Origin: Mytilus californianus
Lineage: Eukaryota
Length of the DNA: 64,000 nucleotides
Assembly (NCBI RefSeq): GCF_021869535.1
Contig: NW_026262690.1
Coordinates: 109,306,001 to 109,370,000, forward strand
Direction of reading: 5' to 3'
This document shows positions 51,086-64,000 of the stretch, piece after piece. The notes beneath the pieces are model-generated. The model was not told where the DNA came from and searched no databases. It saw only the letters and a program-made list of their open reading frames with translations. Numbering within the stretch: position 1 is the first letter of the stretch; each line of letters starts with the position of its first letter. The translations under genes were made by a program, and so were the position numbers.

Positions 51086-52032
51086 TAACAATGATACATC
51101 ATGGCGTACTGCACGGTCCATTCGTCTCCGTAGGCATGTTATATAAAACAGCAATTTTCAGATATGATTTACCAATGGTTATATCTGGACATTTCAATTA
51201 AAACATTCACTAATCGCAATACCTTTTTTATTGAGGGGATGTATAAATAGTACCCTATCACGTCCGGTCTGTGTTGTTAGATCCTGTTCTGTTTTGTATA
51301 TATCTGAAGAGTTAAGCCCTTTTCAACTGATTTTTATAGTTTGTTCTTATGTTGTACTGATACACCATTGTCCCAGGTAAGGAGGAGGGTTTGGCACCTA
51401 CAAACTAGCTTAACCCAACCATATTCTATATATCCCTGTAGGAGCCTGTAATTCAGTGGTTGTTGCTGTATATCATATTTGTTTTTCGTTCTTTGTTTTG
51501 TACATAAATCAGGCCGTCTGTTTTCTCGTTCGAATTGTTTTACATTTGTGAGTCATTTTTCATTTCGGGTCCTTTTATAGCTTCTACATCATGTGGTCTC
51601 TGGTGGTTAGTTGTCTCATTAGCAATCGATCATACCACATCTTCTCATCTTTATGTTATGAATGTTTAACACTCCAATGTTTTACAAAGAAATGTCATAT
51701 ATCTATTTTTAAAGTAAACCAACACTTAGTCGTCTAACAGGTAATATAAGACTGAAATACCGGTTAAAAATCCTTACATCTGAACGATCACGAACAACAA
51801 TGTGTAACAGTAGAAACATATTTAAATATGTCATTGAATAAAGGTTAATATTGAGCACGTAACAGATCTGGAGTTCATGGTAAAATGTTGTGTGTGTAAC
51901 GAACATACCTTTTTCTACGTAGGTTGATATTAAGCACGATTATGGTTTTACATTCACTATATAAATATATATGGGCTTTACTAAGATTACATAAGTATTC
52001 ACCGCAAGTATATCATCTGTTTCTGTTTAACA

Positions 52033-52402
52033 ATGGATATCGCATATTCCTATTTAGAAAGAATCGATCTAACAGCTACATTTATATTTTTAATACTATT
52101 TCTTGCGACAGTTTTGTGGATAACATGTCCGAAATCGGATATTCCAGGACCACGAGCATGGCCTATTTTTGGAAATATTCTACTTGTTAGTCAGTTTAAT
52201 AGTACACCAAAGAGGGTCAAGTTTGTGGAGGAGATGACAAGGCAGTATGGACCAATGTTTCGAATGTTTTTAGGACCATACCAGATTGTTTTTGTACAGG
52301 GTCATAAACATGTGATTGATGTTCTACAGAAACGAGGACGGGAATTTATAGACAGACCCAACTTTATTCCAGGAGTCAAATTAGCTGAAAAAGTAAAAGG
52401 AG
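52033..52402 (+). CDS. P450 copy C exon 1
   Basis: MDIAYSYLERIDL...[11 protein letters not shown]...KVKG G|gtaaat; 370 nt (6 nt shorter than in B). Confidence 0.92.
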
Positions 52403-55400
52403 GTAAATAATAGATTATAATAACGTATGAATTTAATCAAATTGTATTTTTTAAGAATTTCCAATACAGAAAGGAAAATGTAAGAGCTAATGAAACCTAA
52501 AAGGGATAAAATGTATAATTAAAGCATTCAATGAATCAGAGCTTTGCATGACGGAGATATATTTCTTAAAGGACACCGGCCAATTCAAACAATCATTTGT
52601 AACGTTTTTTAAAGAACACATTTGTTGCACCCGTCAAAAAAGTTTAAACATTCTGATAGTTGTGAAAATTACAAAGCAAATCAATATCCTGATAAAAAAC
52701 CCATTCTCAATATAGTATACTCTGTATGGTGTAAACGTGTGAGTTGTGTGTTTAGTTTGTCGGACAAACCTTGCAAATTAGGCAAAATTTCTATTAAAAA
52801 GACAAAGTTCAACATTCTGTCATTTGTTGAAAATTATGCAAATATAATCCTTATAATATATATGCACTCTGTATATAAGTAAAACACTCGACACAATATA
52901 AAAGATCAAGCTTGAAAAAGTACATGTACGAGGAGTAAGCCGATATCTGTACTCTGCATGCCTTTATATATTATCAAAATGCCAAATTCAGCAACCTGTA
53001 ATTTAAAAAAAAACCTAACAATATGTACACATTTAGTATATATGTAATAACAGCAGGCACATAATTTAGAAGTTTAAGTGTAAAACATGTAGTCCTAAGA
53101 TATTAGCCGTATAAACCCTATATACTAAGTGCGGAACGGACGATCAAAAGGACACGGGTAAAACAATATGATCCCTCCATTTTGTCGAGGGAGCAAAACA
53201 TAAATTAGTGTATATGATGATGTTATATTTTATACGGCATTTGGTGACAAAATATCTATTTGAATAAGTAGTTCATAGTGTAGTGGTATTTGGGAGATCT
53301 CAAATGTAGCAATGTAAGCAAGCTCACATCTACGTCATTTGATCTTTGTAAAGTTGTGTCATTGGAAAGCATACAACATCTCCTTATTTCATAATGGTTT
53401 GAGTGTAATCTTGAAATACAAGACCATGAGTTGAAAGACTTTCACAAATATGTACTAGGAGACTGAAGTAGGCTACTGTTTTGATTAAAATCTGACTTGT
53501 TGTGAACATGCATGTGATGTTATAATTTGATAAATTTAATACTTGCTATACTGAATATACTTATTAGCTTCCCAATTGAAGGGAACAACGAATCTTTACT
53601 AAAACTACAAATTAGCAGTAAAAAAGTACTTGTCCATCCTGCATTTGTCACGTGCTATTTAGATGCCTTTGGATTTGTGTGTAGTTAATTGGCCATTTGC
53701 TGCCTTATTGTATATCCAACATCCATTTACAAAGAAATACCAACACTTTTTTTACTTACATACGGGAGGAATTGTGCTTGATTTTCATATGATGAAGACA
53801 TAATCTTTCAATCAGTTTAATTGAGGTCTGGAGCTGGCATGTCAGTAACTGCTAGTAGTCCTTTGTTGATTTATGTATCATTGTCATTTTGCTTAGTTTC
53901 TTTTGTTACCTATTCTGACGTCGGACTCGGACTTCTTTTAAACTGAGTTTAACTGTGCGTATTGCTGTGTGTTTGTTTTTTCTACATTGGATAGAGGTAT
54001 AGGTAGAGGGTTGGGATCTCACTAAACATGCTTAACCCCGCTGCATTTTTGCGACTGTTCCAAGTCAGGAGCCTCTGGCCTTTGTTAGTCTTGTATGTTT
54101 TTTTTATTTTAGTTCATTTATATGTTTTGGAATTTAGTATGACGTCCATTTGCACTGAACTATTACACATTTTTATTCAGGGACCAGCTGAAGCCCGCCT
54201 CCGGGTGCGGGATTTTCTCGCTGTGTTGAAGACCCATTGGTGGCCTTCGGCTGTTTTCTGCTCTATGGTCGGGTTGTTTTCTCTTTGACATATCTGAATA
54301 CCCTCGGGCAAATTTCCGACGGCTAAGAGCAATATTCCTTCCCCCAAAAAAGGTGCCTTTGTTTATCGGATGTGAGTTGTTCCCCCTCCCTATACATGTA
54401 ATATAATTGTATCATAATGATATGTTACATTCGTGATGACACACACTTCCACAAAAAAGTGCACAGGTAAATAAAAGAAAAACTTTTTGTTCATGATCTT
54501 AGCATAAAAATGTTATTATAAGAAATGAATGCTTCTTTTGGTAATTTGATAGGGATTTTAAAGTGTCTATCGTGCACACGTTTTTATTTATTGGTGTATA
54601 AAAGTGTTGACCGAAGCACCTTCTAAAAATGTGTGCACGATCAACACTTTTACACTTAAATAAAATTACTATAATTGCATGTAATGTAATTATACTAGTA
54701 AAATATTCAAGAGCGGGCAATAATATTCATGACAAGGACCCAGTTCGACGAATAAGCATTGGTAGCAATTATTATCTTTTTTTTACTCAGACCTTGATTT
54801 GCCTTTTGACCACTATGATAGTAAAACTTTATCCAGTTCATGTCCAGCTCATAACTTTTGTACTTTAAAACTTAGGTAAACCAAACTTGGTATGCAGTTG
54901 CATCATTGGCTTAGAGTGTGTCAGACACAAAAGTCAGGTCTTTCTGACCTTTGACTCTATGAAAGTTAAACCTTGCATGATTTGTGACATGTGCATAACT
55001 TTTGTACCATAGAACTTAGGTTGAATAAATTTGATATGCATATACATTATTGTATAAGATGTGTCAAATATCGAAGTCAGGTAACTCTGACCTTGTATTT
55101 TTATTTTTAAGTCCTACGATAGTAAATCATTGCCTTATTTGGTTTTTTTTAGCATAACTTTTGTATTGTAGCACTTAGATTGACAAAACTTTATAGGCAG
55201 AAGCATCATACTGATCTTGACCTATAATTTCTGTATACAAACCTCATACTTTGTTCCTCGGTCGGTATTATTCTTTCAGATTGACCTATCAATAACCATT
55301 TGTCAATTTAACACATAGGTAGGGATTATTTCAAAATGAAAACTCAAAATCTCAAAAAGCCATTGCCTGAATACTGAATTTCATAGCAGCAACTAAAATG

Positions 55401-58400
55401 CATGTACGGGGTAATTAGGCCCGCTATGCAGACAGCTCTATTTTCGATTTTTTTTAGTCACTATTTATAAAATAATAGTACGTGGCTTAGGAATTGGGTT
55501 GTTTAACTATTGGAGTTGACTGGGTTTATGCTGGAACTGGGATTGTATTAGCTAAAAGATCTAGAGTTGATTGGGTTTATGTAAGAAGTAGTTTATGTAA
55601 GAAGCAGAATTGTGTTAGCTTATCAAGTTGACTGGGAATATGTTAAAAATTGGGATTGTGTTAACTAATGGAGATGATTGGGTTTATGTTGGGAGTTGGA
55701 TTGTGTTTTCTAATGGAGATTATTGGGTTTATGTAGGCAGTGGGATTGTGTCTGCTAATGGAGATGACTGGAAGGTTATGAGACGATTCGCATTACAAGC
55801 AATGCGAGATTTCGGTGTGGGAAAATCTTCGCTGGAAGAAAATATTTTAGAAGAAATACAGATTGTCGCAGACGATCTGGAAAAAATGAATGGATCGGAG
55901 ATAACCAATTTAAAGGAAATGATGATAAAGGCTAGCTGCAATATTATACATAGTCTTATATTCGGATATAGGTAAGTTCTTATCTGTTACATGTACCAGT
56001 GTATTGCATAGCCTGTTATCGGATATAGGTAAAATGTTGGCTGCTCCATTTATTGGTGTCACATACGCAACCTCATATTCAAATAATGCAAATAATTGTC
56101 TGCTCTATTTATCAATCCTGAACAGATATAGGTAATTGTTTGTCTGCTATACACAGGAAAATAAAGATATGGTAAATTAAACGCAGGTGTGTGGTATAAG
56201 CACCTCTTTTTATGCATCGCCCGTTATGCCATCAGTGTGGCAATGTTGGATACGCATCTCTCATTTTGTGTGCGTGTTTTGCATTGAGAACAGAATGGAA
56301 TATGCACCTCTTGTTATGTATGACCTGTTATGTATTGAGAGCAGTATGGGATAAGCACCTATTCTTATGTATCACATGTCATATACTGCACAATCTTCGA
56401 ATAAAGAATCTTTTATATTGGTATGTATCACCAGTGTTCATGCATTGAAAACAATATTTGATAAGCATTTATGGTAATACATGGCCTAGTATGTATTGAA
56501 AACAATTAGGGGTAAGTTTCACTTGTTATGTATCGCATGTCATGTATTGGGATTGTGTGGGATAATCAAATCTTAATATGTCTCACATGTCAAGTATTAA
56601 GAACAGTGTGGGATAAACATCTCTTGTTATGTATCACATATCATGAATTGATAACAGTAGGGGATATTAAGCATCTCTTGTACGTATTCCTGTTATGTAT
56701 TTACAAACAGTGTGGGATAAGCATCACTTGTAATGTATCACATGCCATGAATTGAGAATAGTATGGGATAAGCATATTTTGTAATGTATCGCATGCCATG
56801 AATTGAGAACAGTATGGGATACGCATCTCTTGTTATGTATTACTTGTCATGAATTGAGAACAGTATGGGATAAGTATCCCTTTTACGTATTCCTGTTATT
56901 TATTGAGAACAGTTTAGAAAAAGCATCTATAATTGCTTATGCATCTACATTTATCTGATGTATCCTTATTTCATGTTTAATGCGATAGAATTGATCAACA
57001 TAGTCACCAAACTTTAAAATATATAATCACGGAGAAGACATAATATTTATAGCAAATCAGTTTGATGTATAGTCAATACCCATTAAAATACCTTCTGTTT
57101 GTGTGCCTAGTAATTCATGCAGCTTAGCAAAAAGTAAAACAACAAAAATACCGAACTACAAGGAAAATTCAAAACGGAAAATCCCTTAACACTAGGCAAA
57201 ATCAAAAGCTCAAACACATCAAACGAATGGAAAACAACTGTCATATTCCTGGCTTGGTAGAGGCATTTCCTTATATAGAAAATGGTGGATTAAACCTGGT
57301 TTTATAGCTAGCTTAACCTCCCACTTGCATGAAAGTTACATAGAATTCCATTATATTGACAACAGTGTTTGAACAAAACAAACAGACATAATACTAGAAG
57401 GTAAACACGTAAATAATCGGGGTGCAGCAGTCCTAATAGTAATATAATCTTACTCACTATAAAAACAAATAACTGTTTCAAAAAAAAAAAAATGAAAGAC
57501 AAGAACTCAAAATTAACCATAGCACAATAACACTTGGCGGGATGTATAAGTACTGATCCAGGTCATAAAAACATAATCAAATATGGATAAACAGTAAAGG
57601 TTAAAAATATACAAGGACAAAAAGGGGAAAACAACTGTCATATTCCTGACTTGGTACAGGCATTTCCTTATGAGGAAATTGTTGATTAAACCTGGTTTTA
57701 AAGCTAGCTAAACCTCTCACTTGTATGACAGTCGCATTAAATTCCATTATATTGACACCAATGTGTGAACAAAACAAACAGACTTAATAGGTAAAAATGT
57801 CAAAAATAGGAGTACAGCAGTCAACATTGTGTTATAATCTCAATCACTATAAAAACAAACAAATATGTCAACAAAGAAAAACAAAATGGCATATAAACAA
57901 AGCGCATAGACAAAAACAAAACACAAGAACTCAAAATTAAACATAGCACAATAACACAATGGCGGGATGTATAAGTACTGATCCAGGTCATAAGTACATA
58001 ATCAAATATGGATAAACAGTAAAGTTAAAAATACACAAGGACAAAAAGGGGAAAACAATTGTCATATTCCTGACTTGGTACAGGCATTTCCTTATGAGGA
58101 AATTGTTGATTAAACCTGGTTTTAAAGCTAGCTAAACCTCTCACTTGTATGACAGTCGCATTAAATTCCATTATATTGACAACAATGTGTGAACAAAACA
58201 AACAGACTTATTGGTGGCCTTCCGCTGTTGTCTGCTCTATGGACCCATTGGTGGCCTTCGGCTGTTGTCTGCTCTATGGTCGGGTTGTTGTCTCTTTGAC
58301 ACATTCCCCATTTCCATTCTCAATTTTATTAATAGGTAAAAATGTCAAAAATAAGAGTACAGCAGTCAACATTGTGTTATAATCTCAATCACTATAAAAA

Positions 58401-60342
58401 CAAACAAATATGTCAACAAAGAAAAACAAAATGGCATATAAACAAAGCACATAGACAAAAACAAAACACAAGAATACAAAAAATGACCACAGCACACCAA
58501 CACAATGACGGGATGTACAAGTACCGAGCCACGCCTAAAGGATATTACCAAAAATGGACCAAACAGTAAACGTTAATAATTAACAAAGACAAATAAAAGA
58601 ACACTATAACACGTAACTAAGATGATAATCAACGTCAGTACCTAGAATCTATATATCATGACCATCATGTATTATTTCTGAAGTTGATACGTAATATCAA
58701 CAAGGTCTCGGTATCTTCCGATGAACTTTTTTAGAAAAAGGACGAGACGTTCATATCTGTTATGCACTTCTCTTGACAAAAAGTTTTATTTTCAATTTAT
58801 GGCATGGATTGTTGTTTACATTACATGTATAAAATTAGAGTGGATTGTTAAGAAAATACGGTTTCTCGTCAATAACCTGGACTTTATTTTCTGCGAAAAA
58901 ATAAACATGGCAGAGAAGTACAAATTTAGATTACAGAGCTGTGACATAGATATAAGAAGATGTGCTATGAGTGCCAATAAGACAACTCTCTATCCAAGTC
59001 ACAATTTGTAAAAGTAAACCATTATAGGTCAAAGTACGGCCTTAAGCACGGAGCCTTGGCTCACACCGAACAGCAAGCTATAAAGGGCCCTAAAAATGAC
59101 TAGTGTAAAAACATTCAAACAGGAAAACCAACGGTCAAATCTATATAAAAAACGAAATACGAGAAACAATTATGAACCACATCAACAAACGACAACCACT
59201 GAACATCAGGTTCCTGACTTAGGACAGGGGCAAACAAATGCAGCGGGTTTAAACATTTTAATAGGCGCCAACCTTCACCGTAACTTGAAACAATAGTGTA
59301 ACATCACAACGTTTAATGACACACTACTAGTATAAAATATCAACTGAAATTTATTTTTTTATTTGTATTTTATTTTGTATAGTTAATCAATTGTACATGT
59401 TGCTTTTTTTATCTTTCAGATACAAACATGACAACGAATCCCTTAAAAAACTCATCAAGACAATGGACAACATCTTTTCAGGTCCTGGTTCTTTATCAGC
59501 GTCTGGATTATTTCCGGTTCTGAATTTAATAATGGTAATATGATGCGTACTCGTACCTTATAGCCATATAATAGTTAGAAATTTTACTTTTCAAAAGTTC
59601 AAGGTTAATACAGTGTTGCATAAATGATAAGAGGTAAAACATGTGACTAATGTCAGATTACTGTACCAGTTTCTCATCAACAAAATGACAAAGTGCTTTT
59701 CCTGTGTCATCGTCGTCGATGTCAGCCATTTAGACAATTTGTTCAAAGCTTGTATGCTTTGTGTTTGTCATCATGTATTGTTGACCTATTCATACAACAA
59801 TTTTCATTTACAAATGGGTTATAGTTATGAGAGTTTGATGATTTCTTCGTAAATGTCTGTATGGGGATGGATACACTCTGATACCTTTTGCATTCCTCCT
59901 GACAACTGAAATAGAATGCCAATTTGGTCACCACTTTAGAGTATCACAGTGGGGATGTTTTGCTCTGGTAATTGGTCACCACTGAGTGTATTACAATATG
60001 GTTGGTTTTTTTGTCTGCAGTATATTAATACAGACTTATCATTTCTTAATATTTTTCGGAATATGTTCATTGACCATTAATCATATATATGTAATGTATA
60101 TTGTATTTTATTATCATTTCAGAAAGACAATCTTAAGGTGAGGATAGAAGGGCTTTCTACTCTGAAAAAGTATATTGAAAACCACATAACCGAACACAGA
60201 GAGTCATTTGACCAAGAAAACATTCGGGACTTTATAGATCTGTATCTGATCGCCGAAAAAGAAGAGAGTGAACGGACGTCTGTTTTAAATCGTAAGTTTT
60301 AGAATAACGCTTTATTACAACGCCCAACAAAATAGCTTAAAT

Positions 60343-60385
<43 letters not shown>

Positions 60386-63300
60386 CTACCGGTTCTGTGT
60401 AACTAATTCATCAGTTTGATGTATAGTCAATACCCATTAAAATACCTTCTGTTTGTGTGCCTAGTAATTCATGCAGCTTAGCAAAAAGTAAAACAACAAA
60501 AATACCGAACTACAAGGAAAATTCAAAACGGAAAATCCCTTAACACTAGGCAAAATCAAAAGCTCAAACACATCAAACGAATGGAAAATAACTGTCATAT
60601 TCCTGGCTTGGTAGAGGCATTTCCTTATATAGAAAATGGTGGATTAAACCTGGTTTTATAGCTAGCTTAACCTCCCACTTGCATGAAAGTTACATAGAAT
60701 TCCATTATATTGACAACAGTGTTTGAACAAAACAAACAGACATAATACTAGAAGGTAAACACGTAAATAATCGGGGTGCAGCAGTCCTAATAGTAATATA
60801 ATCTTACTCACTATAAAAACAAATAACTGTTTCAAAAAAAAAAAAATGAAAGACAAGAACTCAAAATTAACCATAGCACAATAACACTTGGCGGGATGTA
60901 TAAGTACTGATCCAGGTCATAAAAACATAATCAAATATGGATAAACAGTAAAGGTTAAAAATATACAAGGACAAAAAGGGGAAAACAACTGTCATATTCC
61001 TGACTTGGTACAGGCATTTCCTTATGAGGAAATTGTTGATTAAACCTGGTTTTAAAGCTAGCTAAACCTCTCACTTGTATGACAGTCGCATTAAATTCCA
61101 TTATATTGACACCAATGTGTGAACAAAACAAACAGACTTAATAGGTAAAAATGTCAAAAATAGGAGTACAGCAGTCAACATTGTGTTATAATCTCAATCA
61201 CTATAAAAACAAACAAATATGTCAACAAAGAAAAACAAAATGGCATATAAACAAAGCGCATAGACAAAAACAAAACACAAGAACTCAAAATTAAACATAG
61301 CACAATAACACAATGGTGGGATGTATAAGTACTGATCCAGGTCATAAGTACATAATCAAATATGGATAAACAGTAAAGTTAAAAATACACAAGGACAAAA
61401 AGGGGAAAACAATTGTCATATTCCTGACTTGGTACAGGCATTTCCTTATGAGGAAATTGTTGATTAAACCTGGTTTTAAAGCTAGCTAAACCTCTCACTT
61501 GTATGACAGTCGCATTAAATTCCATTATATTGACAACAATGTGTGAACAAAACAAACAGACTTATTGGTGGCCTTCGGCTGTTGTCTGCTCTATGGACCC
61601 ATTGGTGGCCTTCGGCTGTTGTCTGCTCTATGGTCGGGTTGTTGTCTCTTTGACACATTCCCCATTTCCATTCTCAATTTTATTAATAGGTAAAAATGTC
61701 AAAAATAAGAGTACAGCAGTCAACATTGTGTTATAATCTCAATCACTATAAAAACAAACAAATATGTCAACAAAGAAAAACAAAATGGCATATAAACAAA
61801 GCACATAGACAAAAACAAAACACAAGAATACAAAAAATGACCACAGCACACCAACACAATGACGGGATGTACAAGTACCGAGCCACGCCTAAAGGATATT
61901 ACCAAAAATGGACCAAACAGTAAACGTTAATAATTAACAAAGACAAATAAAAGAACACTATAACACGTAACTAAGATGATAATCAACGTCAGTACCTAGA
62001 ATCTATATATCATGACCATCATGTATTATTTCTGAAGTTGATACGTAATATCAACAAGGTCTCGGTATCTTCCGATGAACTTTTTTAGAAAAAGGACGAG
62101 ACGTTCATATCTGTTATGCACTTCTCTTGACAAAAAGTTTTATTTTCAATTTATGGCATGGATTGTTGTTTACATTACATGTATAAAATTAGAGTGGATT
62201 GTTAAGAAAATACGGTTTCTCGTCAATAACCTGGACTTTATTTTCTGCGAAAAAATAAACATGGCAGAGAAGTACAAATTTAGATTACAGAGCTGTGACA
62301 TAGATATAAGAAGATGTGCTATGAGTGCCAATAAGACAACTCTCTATCCAAGTCACAATTTGTAAAAGTAAACCATTATAGGTCAAAGTACGGCCTTAAG
62401 CACGGAGCCTTGGCTCACACCGAACAGCAAGCTATAAAGGGCCCTAAAAATGACTAGTGTAAAAACATTCAAACAGGAAAACCAACGGTCAAATCTATAT
62501 AAAAAACGAAATACGAGAAACAATTATGAACCACATCAACAAACGACAACCACTGAACATCAGGTTCCTGACTTAGGACAGGGGCAAACAAATGCAGCGG
62601 GTTTAAACATTTTAATAGGCGCCAACCTTCACCGTAACTTGAAACAATAGTGTAACATCACAACGTTTAATGACACACTACTAGTATAAAATATCAACTG
62701 AAATTTATTTTTTTATTTGTATTTTATTTTGTATAGTTAATCAATTGTACATGTTGCTTTTTTATCTTTCAGATACAAACATGACAACGAATCTCTTAAA
62801 AAACTCATCAAGACAATGGACAACATCTTTTCAGGTCCTGGTTCTTTATCAGCGTCTGGATTATTTCCGGTTCTGAATTTAATAATGGTAATATGATGCG
62901 TACTCGTACCTTATAGCCATATAATAGTTAGAAATTTTACTTTTCAAAAGTTCAAGGTTAATACAGTGTTGCATAAATGATAAGAGGTAAAACATGTGAC
63001 TAATGTCAGATTACTGTACCAGTTTCTCATCAACAAAATGACAAAGTGCTTTTCCTGTGTCATCGTCGTCGATGTCAGCCATTTAGACAATTTGTTCAAA
63101 GCTTGTATGCTTTGTGTTTGTCATCATGTATTGTTGACCTATTCATACAACAATTTTCATTTACAAATGGGTTATAGTTATGAGAGTTTGATGATTTCTT
63201 CGTAAATGTCTGTATGGGGATGGATACACTCTGATACCTTTTGCATTCCTCCTGACAACTGAAATAGAATGCCAATTTGGTCACCACTTTAGAGTATCAC

Positions 63301-63644
63301 AGTGGGGCTGTTTTGCTCTGGTAATTGGTCACCACTGAGTGTATTACAATATGGTTGGGTTTTTTGTCTGCAGTATATTAATACAGACTTATCATTTCTT
63401 AATATTTTTCGGAATATGTTCATTGACCATTAATCATATATATGTAATGTATATTGTATTTTATTATCATTTCAGAAAGACAATCTTAAGGTGAGGATAG
63501 AAGGGCTTTCTACTCTGAAAAAGTATATTGAAAACCACATAACCGAACACAGAGAGTCATTTGACCAAGAAAACATTCGGGACTTTATAGATATGTATCT
63601 GATCGCCGAAAAAGAAGAGAGTGAACGGACGTCTGTTTTAAATC
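52033..63644 (+). CDS. CYP2-clan cytochrome P450, copy C (exons 1-4 plus duplicated exons 3-4; 3' part beyond window; functional status uncertain)
   Basis: Exons 52033-52402, 55737-55971, 59420-59534, 60123-60291, then duplicates 62773-62887 and 63476-63644. All are individually open with intact GT-AG sites. Confidence 0.8.
55737..55971 (+). CDS. P450 copy C exon 2
   Basis: tatgtag|GC AGT GGG ... LIFGYR AG|gtaagt; 235 nt. Confidence 0.85.
57132..58749 (+). mobile_element. ~1.6-kb copy-C-specific insertion with three ~400-bp tandem units and a nested 120-bp repeat (58210-58330); duplicated at 60486-62103
   Basis: AAAACAACTGTCATATTCCTG.CTTGGTA.AGGCATTTCC recurs at ~57230, ~57630 and ~58050; the site is empty in A (~5640). 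Confidence 0.8.
59420..59534 (+). CDS. P450 copy C exon 3 (first copy)
   Basis: tttcag|A TAC AAA CAT ... ATA ATG|gtaata; 115 nt. Confidence 0.85.
60123..60291 (+). CDS. P450 copy C exon 4 (first copy, DFIDLYL)
   Basis: tttcag|KDNLKVRIEG... AAT C|gtaagt; 169 nt. Confidence 0.85.
60345..60382 (+). repeat. (AT)19 microsatellite; (AT)15 in the duplicate at 63698-63727
   Basis: Counted directly. Confidence 0.9.
62773..62887 (+). CDS. P450 copy C exon 3 (duplicate)
   Basis: Matches 59420-59534 except for one synonymous change (TCC/TCT); splice sites intact. Confidence 0.8.
63476..63644 (+). CDS. P450 copy C exon 4 (duplicate, DFIDMYL)
   Basis: Matches 60123-60291 except CTG->ATG (L->M); splice sites intact. 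Confidence 0.8.
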
Positions 63645-63695
63645 GTAAGTTTTAAAATAACGCTTTATTACAACGCCCAACAAAATAGCTTAAAT

Positions 63696-63730
<35 letters not shown>

Positions 63731-64000
63731 CTACCGGTTCTGTGTAACTAATTCATCCTTTAAGAATCTAATGTGTTCTTGGTAATATTTTCAAAAGTTT
63801 ACACCAAAACGTTGTGATAGTCCTAAACAATGGGAATTCTACTAATGGCGTGATGTTATTTCATTATGGGGTATGAACACGAACATTTCCCCATAATCCT
63901 TTAGATTCTGAAACGGCGAATAGGTGTTGTGTGATGTTTTCAATCTAATCACGGGGTGTATCACAAACTGGTTAACAAATTTTCCCTCGCTTGCTAGTGA

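Larger units (their letters stand above)
57056..63757 (+). repeat. Head-to-tail tandem duplication, 2 x ~3354 bp, spanning intron 2 (3' part) to intron 4 (5' part) of copy C
   Basis: 57056-60409 recurs at 60410-63757 with about ten visible substitutions and small indels; the junction has ATC microhomology. Confidence 0.95.

Noticed and set aside
58149-59934. Duplicated small ORFs in 57-63 kb
   Set aside because: They are identical only because of the 3.35-kb tandem duplication, and they lie in repeat or intron sequence without coding signatures.

Overview
AT-rich eukaryotic genomic DNA. The repeat landscape suggests a bivalve mollusc, probably a mytilid mussel; this rests on my recall of repeat families, not a search. 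The window is a + strand tandem array of three closely related CYP2-clan cytochrome P450 genes. Copy A runs from exon 2 to exon 8 (4220-10848); its exon 1 lies upstream of the window. Copy B is complete, with 8 exons (18529-30580) and an intact 505-aa ORF. Copy C covers exons 1-4 (52033-63644), continues past the window end, and carries a ~3.35 kb internal tandem duplication that repeats exons 3-4. The duplicated unit includes ~6-11 kb of upstream DNA, so paralog comparison exposes filled and empty transposon sites. Introns and spacers hold tRNA-derived SINEs, Helentron-associated (HINE-like) elements, MITEs, a decayed Merlin (IS1016-like) transposase, a Penelope-like fragment, degenerate hammerhead-ribozyme (retrozyme-like) repeats and several minisatellites. 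The most unusual observations are: an in-frame 45-bp minisatellite built from the exon-2 splice acceptor and exon start; the frame-incompatible exon 3-4 duplication in copy C; a D->Y change at the catalytic I-helix acid in copy A; and strongly amino-acid-biased divergence between paralogs. No rRNA, tRNA gene or CRISPR array is supported.
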